A stretch of 64,000 bases of DNA, from contig OX597817.1 of the NCBI GenBank assembly GCA_951406725.2, positions 157,728,001 through 157,792,000 on the forward strand. Direction: 5' to 3'. The stretch comes from Octopus vulgaris (lineage: Eukaryota). This document shows, piece after piece, positions 14,357 to 27,831 of this stretch; positions within the stretch are counted from its first letter, which is position 1, and each line of letters begins with the position of its first letter. The notes beneath the pieces are model-generated. The model saw only the letters and a program-made list of their open reading frames with translations. It was not told the DNA's origin and ran no database searches. The translations under genes were made by a program, and so were the position numbers.

Positions 14357-14742
14357 GTGGAGGCGCAATGGCCCAGTGGTTAGGGCAGCGGACTCGCGGT
14401 CGTAGGATCGCGGCTTCGATTCCCAGACCGGGCGTTGTGAGTGTTTATTGAGCGAAAACACCTAAAGCTCCACGAGGCTCTGGCAGGGATGGTGGTGATC
14501 CCTGCTGTACTCTTTCACCACAACTTTCTCTCACTCTTACTTCCTGTTTCTGTTGTACCTGTATTTCAAAGGGCCGGCCTTGTCACTCTCTGTGTCACGC
14601 TGAATATCCCCGAGAACTACATTAAGGGTACACGTTTCTGTGGAATGCTCAGCCACTTACACGTTAATTTCACAAGCAGGCTGTTCCGTTGATCGGATCA
14701 ACCGGAACCCTCGTCGTCGTAACCGATGGAGTGCTTCCATCC
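14357..14742 (+). mobile_element. SINE family A, full length
   Basis: TSD acaacagcaaca at 14345 and 14743. Confidence 0.93.
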
Positions 14743-14845
14743 ACAACAGCAACAATCACTATGAAAAAAAAATTTCTTGATATATCATTTTGGTGGCATT
14801 TTATCAAATTCAAGCACAAAGTATACACGGAAAACTACATTTCAA

Positions 14846-15251
14846 GGATCTTTTTGGTTTGACCGGCAGTTTTTTAAAATAATTTCCACATAACTAAACA
14901 CTTTTAAACTTTGTATACTGGTAGAATGTGTTTATAAAGCATCTTTTTCTCTTGGCTTTATTGAAGAAATTCTATAGTTTGTAAGATATTTGTTGTTTTT
15001 TTTCTTCAATTTCTGCAATTTCAACCAATCAATGACGTCTATTGAGGTGAAAACATTCTGTGTCGTATGAATATGTCCCTCGTTTAAGAAACAGATTGGG
15101 TTTATTTACATTTGTGAAGAAAAAAAGATACCCTTCCCCCTAACCCTAAAACAGATTGAAATGCAATAGATCGATACTAGGGTCATAATCATGGGGGACA
15201 ATTTCATATGACATCGCTAGAAAAAACTGCCGGTCAAACCGAAAAGATTCC
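14846..15251. mobile_element. MITE with ~30-bp TIRs
   Basis: ggatctttttggtttgaccggcagttttt ... aaaaaactgccggtcaaaccgaaaagattcc; related partial copies at ~10503, ~13064(-) and ~49665-50220. Confidence 0.82.
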
Positions 15252-15855
15252 AGTTTAAACATTTCTAATTGAATTCCCAGGTTTGATTGAACGATGAAAA
15301 CACAACTGTTCGTGAACTCCAACTCCTCTGCAATCTTCAGCCATATTATAGATTGCATTAACTACAATATTGTAGTAGTTAAATTCGATCGCATCTTATT
15401 AAACAGTACGATACAAGTTTTTGCAGATTCCAATTGCAGTCACGTAAACATCAACAAGATGGAGTCAATGAATCTGTCACAATATTCTGCAGCCTCGCCA
15501 AACACTGTAAGTTTCAGGTAATAGCTGCTGATGAATATCGAAAGGAAAGTATTGGAGATTCATTTATTTCCAGGATCTCGCCTAGCTATTTTTTTTATTG
15601 AATTTGAAATAGGCAATCGCCCAAGCTTGACCTCTGGCAGCTGCGTGGATAAAGCATAGAGTTTTATCATCAACTAGCAGTATAACCTGGCTTTGCCTGG
15701 GATTAAGTTAGGATTATTAAGCTAATCAAGTTCTTTATTTCAAAGCAAAGTAACATCGACATCAAATTTGGGCAAAATCTGTTGAAATTGGTTTACATAT
15801 ATATATGGGCAACACACACATATACACATGTACATACATGTTTTTTACGCATACA

Positions 15856-17039
15856 TGACAGTGTCCCCCGATCCCTTATCTGGTGGTCAATGAGGAAACT
15901 AGGGATAGATGAATGGTTAGTGAGAGCTGTGCAAGCCATGTACAGAGACACTGTAAGTAAGGTGAGGGTTGGCAATGAGTACACTAAAGAATTCAAAGTA
16001 GAGGTAGGGGTCCACCAAGGTTCAGTCCTCAGCCCCCTCCTATTTACCATAGTCCTCCAGGCAATAATGGAGGAATTCAAGACAGGATGCCCCTGGGAGC
16101 TCCTATATGCTGATGACCTTGTTCTAATTGCTGAGTCACTATCAGAACTAGAGGCAAAGTTTCAAGTGTGGAGACAAGGATTAGAATCGAAGGGCCTTAA
16201 AATCAACCTAGCTAAAATCAAAGTCTTAATATGTAGGAAGGCAGGCAAACCACAAACGCCTTCAGGTAGATGGCCCTGCTCGATCTGAAGAAAAGGCGTA
16301 GGTAGAAATTCTATAAGATGCACCAAGTGTAAGCTATGGACACATAAGAGGTGCAGCAATGTCAAAGGAAGGCTAACTGGGAAGATAGTTTTTGTATGTG
16401 GCAATAAACACTGAAAATGCTCAGAGACCAACTTCCGCCACATTCCAGGGAGAAAAACTAGAAGTAGTTGATAGCTTCCGTTACCTAGGCGACCAAGTCA
16501 GTAGCGGGTGTGGGTGTGCTACTGCTAGAGTAAGAATAGCCTGGGCAAAGTTCAGAGAGCTCTTACCTCTGCTGGTGACAAAAGGCCTCTCGCTCAGAAC
16601 AAAAGGCAGACTGTATGACGCATGTGTACAAACAGCCATGCTACATGGCAGTGAAACATGGGGCGTGACTGCTGAGGATATGCGTAAGCTCGCAAGAAAT
16701 GAAGCCAATATGCTCCGATGGATGTGTAATGTCAGTGTTCATACTCGACAGAATGTAAGTACCTTGAGAGAAAAGTTGGACCTAAGAAGCATCAGTTGTG
16801 GTGTGCAAGAGAGACGTTTGCGCTGGTATGGTCATGTAGCGAGAATGGATGAAGATAGTTGTGTGAAAAAGTGCCACACCCTGGCAGCTGAGGGAACCTG
16901 TGGAAGAGGTAGATCCAGGAAAACCTGGGACGAGGTGTTGAAGAACGACCTTCGAACTTTAGGTCTCACCGAGGAAATGACCAGAGACCGAAACCTTTGG
17001 AAGTATGCTGTGCGTGGGAAGACCCGGCAGGACAAGTGA
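15856..17039 (+). pseudogene. 5'-truncated RTE-clade LINE reverse transcriptase
   Basis: GVHQGSVLSPLLF, LLYADDL, FRYLG, RRLRWYGHVARM, GRGRSRKTW motifs; premature stop at 16286-16288 and frameshift at ~16400. Confidence 0.95.
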
Positions 17040-17580
17040 GACCATAACCCGTGGCCTCTACCTGGGACATAGCCAGCCCACTTATGCATACCGTTCCTTC
17101 TTGTGACACAAACGCTACTTGTGAAGATCTGTTGAGGCAAGTGAAAATCAAAATCAAAATCGAAATCTTTCAACATCAATGGAAATTGTAGCTGAGATAC
17201 CAGTGCCGGTGGCACGTAAGAGAACTGTCCGAACGTGGCCGTTGCCAGCGCCGCCCCAACTGACTTCATGCTGGTGGCACATAAAAAGCACCATCCGATT
17301 GTGGCCGTTGCCAGCCTCGTCTGGCCCCCGTGCCGGTGGTATATAAAAAGCACCATCCGATCGTGGCCGTTTGCCAGCCTCGTCTGGCACCTGTGCAGGT
17401 GGCACATAAAAAGCACCCACTACACTCTCGGAGTGGTTGGTGTTAGGAAGGGCATCCAGCTGTAGAAACACTGCCAGATCAGACTGGGCCTGGCGCAGCC
17501 TCCTGGCTTCCCAGACCCCAGTTGAACCGTCCAACCCATGCTAGCATGGAAAACGGACATTAAACGATGATGATGATGAT
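17040..17580 (+). mobile_element. 3' UTR/tail of the RTE LINE (family D) with internal ~55-60-bp repeats and (GAT)n end
   Basis: Contiguous with the RT stop codon; the same tail is dispersed many times in the window. Confidence 0.9.
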
Positions 17581-18528
17581 ATTTGTGTGTGTGTGTGTGC
17601 TATTCGCTGGTGCCTCTGGGGAAAATAAGTTGACAAAAAACAGCTAGGGTCATGAGGAATGTCCTCCTAAAATTGGAGCGACATGTGTGCTAATTTGTGG
17701 ACATGCATAAATTACATTCACGTACACACACACACACTGCCTTTTATATATACAGATGTTCTCTCCCTCTCAGCACCATAACTGGAATTGCAGTAAAAAC
17801 AGTGTCCATATAGACACTACTGCCACAGCTGCAACAAACTTGTTAACCAAAGAGAATTATAACATCAGCATCTCTAATTTCAATTACACAAGCACATCAA
17901 AAAAAATAAACTTAAAAAAAGAATCAATGTATATAGGGCTAATCAACATATAAACATGACCCAGATTGTGTCTCTGATTTCATATGTGACAATGCTTTCA
18001 CACCCATCTCAGCAATGTCTTTGAATTGACTTCCCAAGCAAACTATTTCTTTATGTTTCAAACACTTCATGATTCTTTCTTTAATGAAAATCTGCTTCTA
18101 AATGTTTTGCCTAACCTGTGTTCCTCAATAACTCTGAAGCAAGACTTAAACAATAAATTTAAATTCAGATGATTATTAACAATCTTATTGCTGCTCAACT
18201 TGTTTCCATGTTGGTGACTCCCCCTCGGAGTTTCTCACATCTATAGAAAGGTTTGAAACTAGGTGCTAAATCTTGCCGCTTTCCTCGACTTCAAATGTTT
18301 TTTAAAAAGACAAAATTGCTTTTAGGTCCGTGACCTGCGGGACTTTCTGAATGGCATGCCAGTGCGACCCATCTGATAATGAGCCATGTCTCATGTAGTC
18401 CGCTTCTTGAAAAAAGGTGTCCACGTCTGCTGAAAATAATGGTATTATATTGAGGCCTGTCTTTTCAAGCGAACACATATAACAGAAGGAAAAAATACTA
18501 TGATTATCAACATCCTTGCTAGCAACTA

Positions 18529-19039
18529 CCATAAATCTTCGAGTATAGTTTGCCCTTGAGTATAATATGCAGGGGATTTTTATGGGGGTGTACCTCTGAA
18601 AAACCTAAACCTTGTGTATAATACGCACCCCTTCTCTAACTTGAGTCATGTGTAATTAAGCCAGCAGCAACTAGTCGAACAAACACTTTCGCGCATGCGT
18701 AATACAATAATGGTGGTGTTCTTAACTGTTATATGGGAATGTAAATGTTTGCAAATTGTGTTTGTTACATGTTATTCTGTGTTCTGAATACTTTTATTTT
18801 AATAAATGTTGCTCACTGCAAGTTATGGATGATTCTTCATTGCTTTCAGGCTTAGCTTAAGGTATTTTCACACCTGATATCACAAAATACTTCTGAATAA
18901 ACATTGCCAGACAGCAAATAGAGACTCGGACAATGCTTAGAAAATATTTTTCATTTTTAACCTCGTATATAGTAGACACTAGAGATTTTGACCTTTAAAT
19001 TTAGGGGAAAAAATGCGGATTATACTTGAGGATTTACGG
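18529..19039. mobile_element. Tc1/pogo-type MITE
   Basis: TA-ccataaatcttcgagtata ... tatacttgaggatttacgg-TA: imperfect TIRs with TA TSD. Confidence 0.8.
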
Positions 19040-19049
19040 TATTCCTAAA

Positions 19050-19925
19050 CGATAAATCGTCACAGCTTTCTCGATGCACGTCTTATTTTCTAATACTGAA
19101 GATTTCGATCTAAAAGTAGCATGCCACCAGACCTCATTCTATAATGATAATGGGAGATATTAAGCTGATGGATGATTATTCCAATTTACAAAGTTCCTCT
19201 TTGATGTAGCTAGCACTCAAAATATTTTTCAAAGAATGATGGATAATGATATGAACAATGATATCAAAGGAGTTCACGCCTCTCTCAACATTGGTAAAGC
19301 TATTCAAGAGCACGATGGGAACTTGGCTCAATTTATTTCAATTTATTAAAGAGTCTCAACATTACATTGAACAATGACAAATGTCTTCTCCCCAACAAAT
19401 TCATTTGTTACTTAGGCTATAAAATAGAAAATAATTCCCGGCAAGCTGATCTTGACAGAGTAAAAGCTTTTGTTGATTACTTGCCATCTAACAATAACTT
19501 AACAATTATAATGACCTCTTTCTGTGAACTAATTCAAGCACTGCTAAACCTTATTTTTCCATTGTAAAGAAAGACATCTAAACATCTTCAATAGCTAATA
19601 CTACTCTCTGACTTATGTGGTCTGAACTTCCAATGTATGCCGAAACGAATGCTTCTGAAACTACAATTCCGTGTGTCCTTTTCACAATGCAATAAACCAG
19701 TTGCTTTCTACTCCAGAACTCTTTCTCTCTCAACCAGTAAAAAAAATTTCTCGTCAACCGAAAAGGAGGTTATGTCTCTCGTAAAATGTGTTAGGAAAAG
19801 ACAAACGATTTTTCTTTGCGAATATTTCATACAACAGAGATTAATAAGATTTAGTCACAAACACTAGAGTAAAAACGAGGAATAAGATTTTTGTTGGCCC
19901 ATTGAATTATCGTTCTACAATTATG
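19050..19925 (+). pseudogene. Degenerate Gypsy/Ty3 pol (RT-RNase H)
   Basis: FDVASTQNIFQRMMD, LNNDKC...YLGYKI, PVAFYSRTLS...NFSSTEKEVMSLV; many frameshifts. Confidence 0.75.
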
Positions 19926-19942
19926 ACAGCTGGACGTTAAAC

Positions 19943-19975
<33 letters not shown>

Positions 19976-20209
19976 ACATAACTGATAAAAAAAGCACAGT
20001 TGCTACTGTTATTACTTGTTTCTCTATATCTCATGGAATCACACATTCACCTAAGATTTTGTTTCGTCCTGGAGTTACTCGATTACGGCACTATATCATA
20101 TGTATGGTCTAACCATTTTGTTTGGAAAATATTAAGAAACTCGTGATGAATGCATTATATAGCCTTAAATAAAATCCCGATTCTATCTTCCTTCTAATGC
20201 TAATCTTAT

Positions 20210-20448
20210 CAATACCTTGCAATGGGGGGACAAACACAGACACACAAACATATACACACACACACATATACACATATATATATACGACGGGCTTCTTTCA
20301 GTTTCCATTTACCAAATCCATTCACAAGGCTTTGGTCAGCCCGATGCTGTAGGAGAAGACACTTGTGCAAGGTGCCATGCAGTGGGACTGAACCCGGAAC
20401 CATGTGATTGGGAAGCAAGCTACTTACCACACAGCCACTCCTGCGCCT
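20210..20448 (-). mobile_element. SINE family C (partial)
   Basis: Matches 7820-8030. Confidence 0.85.
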
Positions 20449-21906
20449 ATGTCTATTTGGCAGAACCAAATCATCAGCATCCAAACAACCACCCCCAATC
20501 GTCTCATCTGAACCAGGTGGGTGGGGTGTGTGCTTATGAAGTTTCATCTTAACAGTAAATATGAGCAAAGAGTCAACCATGTTAAACTCATCGACTCCAT
20601 TTATCACTATGTTCGTAGCAGTATATACATATTATTGCACTGATGCTGTTTAAACTAAAGATATAACTCCATTTGAGGAAATCAATAAAATTTTGTTCCG
20701 CTGGTAATCGCTGTTGACACGTTGAGAAATCCTACCCAAGTCTGTGGTGGGTCGACTGATGAATGTACCGTCGAATATTTTTACAGTGACATCTGAGAAG
20801 TCAGTTTCAAAGAAGCATGCGAGAAGTAGCACAGCATCGATCCAGTTAATAAAAATGAAATCAAGGATCCACCAATTTCTTCATCGCTTAATAAGGATCA
20901 AAAAAGTATCAGAGTAACTCAACCTTCAAAGTGTTGGTGAAAGCTATGAAATCATTTTTTGTTACCCTCACCCCACATCCCGTTTAAGCGCCTTTGATTG
21001 GAAACTGGAAAGCGCTGTTTGCAATTGAAGGGAATATACTGACACTAAGCTGAACATTTGAGCTAAATAAAATGTTTTGATTCTCAGCAATTTTTTCACA
21101 TAACAGCACAGATGAAGCTTATGAAAAGATCAAGATCAACAATACTGTTTTCGTTATAGTTGGCAAGGGTGACTTAATAGCTCTACAACAACTGTACTGG
21201 TGGTTATCGAAAAGGAAGAAAGACTTAAGATGATGAAGGAGATATAATTAACGATTGGGAGGAAGTTACCAACCTATTTGGGCGCACTAATTGGCTTGCA
21301 TAGATTCGAACAAACTTCTGTAGAGACACTTTAGTGTACTGCTTGACCGTAAAGGGAATGATGCCGTCAGTTAGGTTAAAGTTTTTATATAACCCCAGGT
21401 AAGTCTTGACTGAGCAAATTTATGATAAAATGTATTCCAATCGTGACTATCCCATTTTTTGCTGATATATTGACGGTATCTAGCATCTATGTAGACTGTC
21501 CCCACCCCCTTTTAGGACAACAGATTGTGATTTAAGGGAAATTTGTAAAGGATTCCTATATAACACTTGGTTGTTATAGTTGCCATACGAGCATGTTGGA
21601 TACTTTAACGGGTCTAGGAGCCCAAATGTGATCTATGTATGTTGTGGCTTGCATTCTACTGTGCCTTATAATATATTTATACTATAAGGTTCAGTGCAAT
21701 ATTTGCCCAGGGGCTTATAATACTGCTGAGACGGCCCTGGTTTGGACCCATATCAGTCTTGACTATAATCAAAAGCGTCCCAGCCATCATCATACATTTT
21801 TTCGGGTATTGCGTATTTAGGATTTGTAGGGCCTCCATCGATCAATGTCGACCAAGCATCTGCACATATATGTATATGTGCAGGACTGAATGAGATTTTC
21901 TGATGC

Positions 21907-22127
21907 CCAGCATCGGTTGTCAAGCGATGTTGGTGGTACAAACACGGACACACAAACACACACACACACACACACATACGACGGGCTTCTTTCAGTTTCT
22001 GTCTACCAAATCCACTCACAAGGCTTTGTTTGGCCCGAGGCTATGGTAGAAGACACTTGTCCAAGGTGCCACGCAGTGGGAATGAACCCGGAACCATGTA
22101 GTTCGTAAGCGGCCACTCCTATGCCTG
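21907..22127 (-). mobile_element. SINE family C (partial)
   Basis: Matches 7797-8030. Confidence 0.85.
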
Positions 22128-22251
22128 CAAAAATAATTTTGCAGGCATTGAGACGATAGATAAATGCCGCTAAGCTGGTAACGGAGAGTAACCTCATCTA
22201 AGAACAATAATCAGCTCTTAATATATATGCAATAGTGCTATGCGTAAACCA

Positions 22252-22693
22252 CTGTGCCAGATTAACCGTTAAGCAAAATAAACAAGTGCTTAGGGCATCA
22301 AAGGAAGGTGGTGGTGGGGGGTACCATAGAAATGGTAAATGGTCTACGGCACAAAAGAAATCACTTTAAACTTGCTTAAGTAATATTCGAAGTGGTGTAT
22401 ATGATCGGAAATATAATTTCGAAGTGTTCACGGCCTCATAGTGAGGATCTGATCAAAGACTTTGCAATTATAAAAAAGTAGGAGAAAATTTTTCAAATAT
22501 AAATAAAGTGGAAACATGCAAAAATAACCATTATTTTCCATCTTACTGTTTAGTTTTGTTGCATTTTGAAAAATAAAAATTTATTTGATGGTTTATAATC
22601 GTTTACATTTTTGAATTACATATGAATTACATATATATGGGGGTACTAAAATTTTAATTGCTTAGGGCCCCTATGGGTCTTAATTCGGCTCTG
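22252..22693. mobile_element. Non-autonomous hAT element
   Basis: Imperfect TIRs ctgtgccagattaa / ttaattcggctctg; perfect 8-bp TSD gtaaacca (22244, 22694). Confidence 0.85.
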
Positions 22694-23447
22694 GTAAACC
22701 AATTGGGTCTTCCAAGCTTGTGGGACTTTTGAGGTTTGGTTATGTGAAAGATGTGGTGAGGCATGACTAATAGGGTGCAATTGCTCGCTTAACTGGCTGC
22801 TTTATGAGGGTATAAAAAAATGTGAAGCACATTTGTTGGCATTTAACGTAGAATTAGCAGAGCTGTGAGTGTTTGAAGTAGCTGGTTATTCGTGGAGCAT
22901 AGTCGTTGTACGGTAGGAAAATGTGAGACGGTTTACCTTGGTTTGGGCAGTGGTCAAGAGACTTGATGGGAGTAAAAACGAAGAAGACTAGCTAAAGGTT
23001 TGATCTGGAGGAGAGAAAGAGGTCAGTAGTATTGGTCAGAGATGTGGGTAGGTAAGAATGCAAACTGGTGCAGATAGTTCACAAAAGCAAATTCTTTCTG
23101 TGTACCAGCAGTGTCAATTCGAGAGTATTTTAAGAGCCAAAGGGTGTTGAATTATTTCAGAGATGAGAGCGAGAGAGAGAGTTGATGGGAGATGGATATT
23201 CTTAATATATGATGAGGCATAGTAGAATAACAATTGGTGATTGATGAGTTAGATCAGTAGAGACAGCAGACGAAATGAGATATGAGGAAGAGAGACTTTG
23301 AGGTAGAGTAGTAACGTAGTAACTTGAAGTCAATGTTGCTAATATCTAGCCAGGTGGGAGTGGAGGTTGGATGCAGGGTGTGGGAATTCTACATGCATCT
23401 AGATGCTTCCTGTAACGGGAAAGCTGGAATATAGTGTGGGCTGAACA

Positions 23448-23677
23448 GGCGGCGAGCTGGCAGAAATGTTAGCACACCGGGCGAAATGCTAAACAGTATT
23501 TTGTCTGCCGCTACGTTCTGAGTTCAAATTCCGCCGAGGTCGACTTTGCCTTTCATCCTTTCGGGGTCGATTAAATAAGTACCAGTTACGCACTGGGGTC
23601 GATATAATCGACTTAATACCTATGTCTGTCCTTGTTTGTCCCCTCTGTGTTTAGCCCCTTGTGGGCAGTAAAGAAAT
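23448..23677 (+). mobile_element. SINE family B, full length
   Basis: Matches the 6559 copy; TSD-like atatagtgtggNctgaacag on both sides. Confidence 0.9.
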
Positions 23678-25110
23678 ATATAGTGTGGTCTGAACAGTAT
23701 ATATCAGTTAGATATAGTAGATGGGTACGTCTCAGCAATAAGGATTGTGGCTTGTATTTTGGTTAAGGCACAAGCCAACTCTGACCAAACAAGCCTATAA
23801 ACAAAAGCATTCCACTTGTGGATCACGTCCGTTTTCTATGCGCAGAGAACACAGGATCACATAATTTAACGTGTTTTTTTCCTAAAACAGAGAGGGGGGG
23901 GATTTGGCTCCTGTTTCTAGCAGGCCGAGTAGCCACGTAGAGGCGTCCCCGTCGGTTCGTGGTTTATAAAAGACGGTAAGGTAGAATCAAGGTTGGGAGG
24001 AAATATTGACTAGATTCGTATTCTTGCAAGGTGATATTTTTTAATATAAAACTAGATATTATTCGATATTATTCTTTATTTTCTTCTATCTGTTCGTATA
24101 ATGCTATGAAACAAATGCTGACTTGCATTACATCTTGCTTCTTTAGCCATCAACGATTGTTGGCAGGCCATAAACGTAGCAACTAAACCGTTCCAGTAAT
24201 GAAATTCCCAGGAACTATTGCACACACACACACACACACGTACACACATTCCCTCTATCCTCTCATTTCTGTACTCCCTCTCTCTTTCTCTTTCTGTATC
24301 TTTACCTCTACTCGACTCTCTATTTTTTCCCCTCTCTATATTTCACCCTTTCCCTTCTACCGCTATCACTACTCACTCATTCGATGGTTCTGATAATATA
24401 GGGATGTGCACACGTAACATACAAAATACTAATAGTACATACCCAGGCTAACGAAGGAACCTCTTACATGGAAGATTGATTTGCTAGAGATAGCAACCAA
24501 ATCGCCTTTAAATCACACCTCACCGTATTCACCAAATCTCCTTAAATTGCACCTCACGTGATCGGTTGATTTGCTAGAAAAAGCAACTAAATCTCCTTTA
24601 AATCATTTTTAAAAGAAATGCTGAGTAATGTGGTTCTGGGTTCTCTGTACATAGGAAAAATACAAGAGTGGTTCATACATAATTTCATACACCTTTTCCA
24701 TTTTCTTAATCTGCTTTTCTCGCCATTCTAGTGCGTATATTTACACATACAACACACGTACACTATAGGTGTGTGTGCATGTGTGTAAGCACAGAAAAAC
24801 AAATCGCGGAGGTAGCCCAATCGTTCCCCCGGTTTAACAAAACTACCAACTGGCCCTTCGATGCCTTTAGAGGGGGTCTGCTATATTACAAAAATTTGAG
24901 GCAGGTCCCCTTTCCTAGGATAACTTATCTTTGGATATCTAGTCAAAACATAACTTGCCCTCAACATTATATCCATGCACACATACGCTTTTGCACAATC
25001 ACATGCTTACATTTAAATACGTGTACAATTTTTACACATATATAAGCAAAAAGTTTACGTATTTACATTCATTAGCGCATAAATTTACACAGTTATTTGC
25101 ACACACATAA

Positions 25111-25884
25111 GGCGGCGAGCTAGCAGAATCGTTAGAATGTCGGGCGAAATGCTTAGCGGTATTTCGGCTGCCGTTACGTTGTGAGTTCAAATTCCGCCGA
25201 GGTCGACTTTGCCTTTCATCCTTTCGGGGTCGATAAATTAAGTACCAGTTAAGCACTGGGGTCGATATAATCGACTTAATACCTATGTCTGTCCATGTTT
25301 GTCCCCTCTGTGTTTAGCCCCTTGTGGGTAATAAAGAAATAGGTATTTCGGCTGCCGTTACGTTGTGAGTTCAAATTCCGCCGAGGTCGACTTTGCCTTT
25401 CATCCTTTCGGGGTCGATAAATTAAGTACCAGTTAAGCACTGGGGTCGATATAATCGACTTAATACCTATGTCTGTCCCTGTTTGTCTCCTCTGTGTTTA
25501 GCCCCTTGTGGGTAATAAAGAAATAGGTATTTCGGCTGCCGTTACGTTGTGAGTTCAAATTCCGCCGAGGTCGACTTTGACGTTCATCCTTTCGGGGTCG
25601 ATAAATTAAGTACCAGTTAAGCACTGGGGTCGATATAATCGACTTAATACCTATGTTTGTCCCCTCTGTGTTTAGCCCCTTGTGGGTAATACAGAAATAG
25701 GTATTTCGGCTGCCGTTACGTTGTGAGTTCAAATTCCGCCGAGGTCGACTTTGCCTTTCATCCTTTCGGGGTCGATAAATTAAGTACCAGTTAAGCACTG
25801 GGGTCGATATAATCGACTTAATACCTATGTCTGTCCATGTTTGTCCCCTCTGTGTTTAGCCCCTTGTGGGTAATAAAGAAATAG
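25111..25884 (+). mobile_element. Tandem tetramer of SINE family B body
   Basis: One 5' head, then four units starting at ~25158, 25341, 25526 and 25700; single 17-bp TSD gttatttgcacacacat (25092, 25885). Confidence 0.92.
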
Positions 25885-26534
25885 GTTATTTGCACACACA
25901 TGATTACATGGATGGATGCATTGAAACACTCAGCAACATACGCAATGTTTAAATTATGTGCAATAACTGTCACATGCATGCACGTACGCACAAATTTAAA
26001 TTTGTTCAACACATTGACGCACATCCACAAAAACAGTTGTATCGATTTTTATACAGGGTTACAGGTTGATGTTTTTTTATGGCGGGAAAATATATAGCTA
26101 TTACGTTCATAGATTTTTCAAGGGCGTTAGTGATGTAAATGAAATGATGTGGAACACGTACGAATGGAATTCAGTTACGTCGAGAATTTAACCGCGTCAT
26201 TTGCGTTGCACGTCATGCTTATATAATTGCTCAGTCGAGCACGCAATAGTAAACACACATACACGCACACGTACACACACACACACACACACACACACTC
26301 AAATCTCCAGTATATAAATTCATTGATTCGAATATAAGGAGCTGGAAATCACTTCTGCTTTACAGAAATCCTAAAAACATAATTCGCCAATTAATCTCAC
26401 TGACGTCAAGAATGAATATAAGGGAATCTTTTCGTGGTTGCTCGAGCCAAAAGAATCAGTGGCAAAATCGCTCCGAAATTACACCTTACAAAAGTCATTA
26501 GATACCTGTAAGAACAAGACAGTCTTTCATTATT

Positions 26535-26865
26535 TTTTTCTACTTTAGGCACAAGGCCCGAATTTTGGGGGGAGGGGAGGCCAGTCGATTAGATCGATCC
26601 CAGTACGCAACTGGTACTTAATTTATCGACCTTGAAATGATGAAAGGCAAAGTCGACCTCGGCGGAATTTGAACTCAGAACGTAAAGACAAACGAAATTC
26701 CTATTTCGTTACTACCCACAAGGGGCAAAACACAGAGGGGACAAACAAGAACAGACAAACGGATTAAGTCGATTATATCGACCCCGAATTTATCGGATTT
26801 GAAAGGATGAAAGGATGAAAGGCAAAGTCGACCTCAGCGGAATTTGAACTCAGAACGTAAAGTTA
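26535..26865 (-). mobile_element. SINE family B dimer with two different tails
   Basis: Two core copies joined by a gaaatagg-aatttcg junction (minus strand). Confidence 0.8.
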
Positions 26866-27094
26866 AACAGTCTTTGATTATTGATCCAGTAATTATATCA
26901 CAGTAGATATATCGTCTTAATTTGTAAATTACAACGCAAGGCAAATCATTGTAGCTGAATTAATCCACTATTATACAAACTAGCAAAAAGACAGCCCACT
27001 GGGTAGTTTTCTTCTGGTTGCTAAATATTTATGCATTTGAGTCCCAATTTGCGTAATTTTTCTGATATGTTGCGTCCAATTTTCCGTTGTATCA

Positions 27095-27831
27095 TGTGAA
27101 AAAGAACCACACCCTAGTAGTTGAGGGAACCTGTGGAAGAGGTAGACCCAGGAAGACCTGTGGAAGAGGTAGACCAGGATGACCTTTGAACATTAGGCCT
27201 CACCGAAGCAATGACTAGTGACCGGGACTTTTGGAAATATGCTGTGCTTGAGAAGACCCGGCAAGCCAAGTGAGACCATAACCCGTGGCCTATGCCAGGG
27301 GTGTAACCAGCCCACTTATGTGTACCTTTCTTTCATTGGACACTAAACTCTGCTTGTGAAGACCTGTTGAGGCAAGTGAAATCAAAATCAAATTTGATGA
27401 CTGGCAACCATGCTAGTGGAGCGCCATCCGAGCATGATTGTTGCCAGAGCAGCTAACCAGCTTCCGTGCTGGTGGCATGTAAAAAGCACCATTCGAGCGT
27501 GATCGTTACCAGTGTCACCTTACTGGCACATGAAAAAACATTCGATCGAGGTCATTGCCAGTGCCGCTGGACTGGCTCCTGTGTAGATGGCACGTAAAAA
27601 ACACCATTTGCGCGTGGCCGTTGCCAGTACTGCCTGACTGGCCCTCATGCTCGTGGCATGTAAAAGCACCCACTCCACTCTTGGAGTGGTTGGCATTATG
27701 AAGGACATCCAGCTGTAGAAACTCTGCCAGATAAGACTGGAGTCTGGTGCAGCCATCTGGTTCACCAGTACTCAGTCAAATCGTCCAACCCATGCTAGCA
27801 TGGAAAGCAGATGTTAAACGATGATAATGAT
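27095..27831 (+). mobile_element. 5'-truncated RTE LINE (RT C-terminus plus family D tail)
   Basis: Homologous to 16860-17580. Confidence 0.88.

Noticed and set aside
17960-18532. Minus-strand open segments resembling host exons
   Set aside because: KDIAEMGVKALSHMKSE looks more like a decayed transposase N-terminal zinc-finger region, and no consistent splice phasing was found.
22700-23445. Possible Penelope ORF remnant on the minus strand
   Set aside because: Composition is suggestive, but no motif could be read with confidence.
25111-25884. CRISPR-like regular array
   Set aside because: Units are near-identical throughout with no unique spacers, there are no cas genes, and the context is a eukaryotic SINE.
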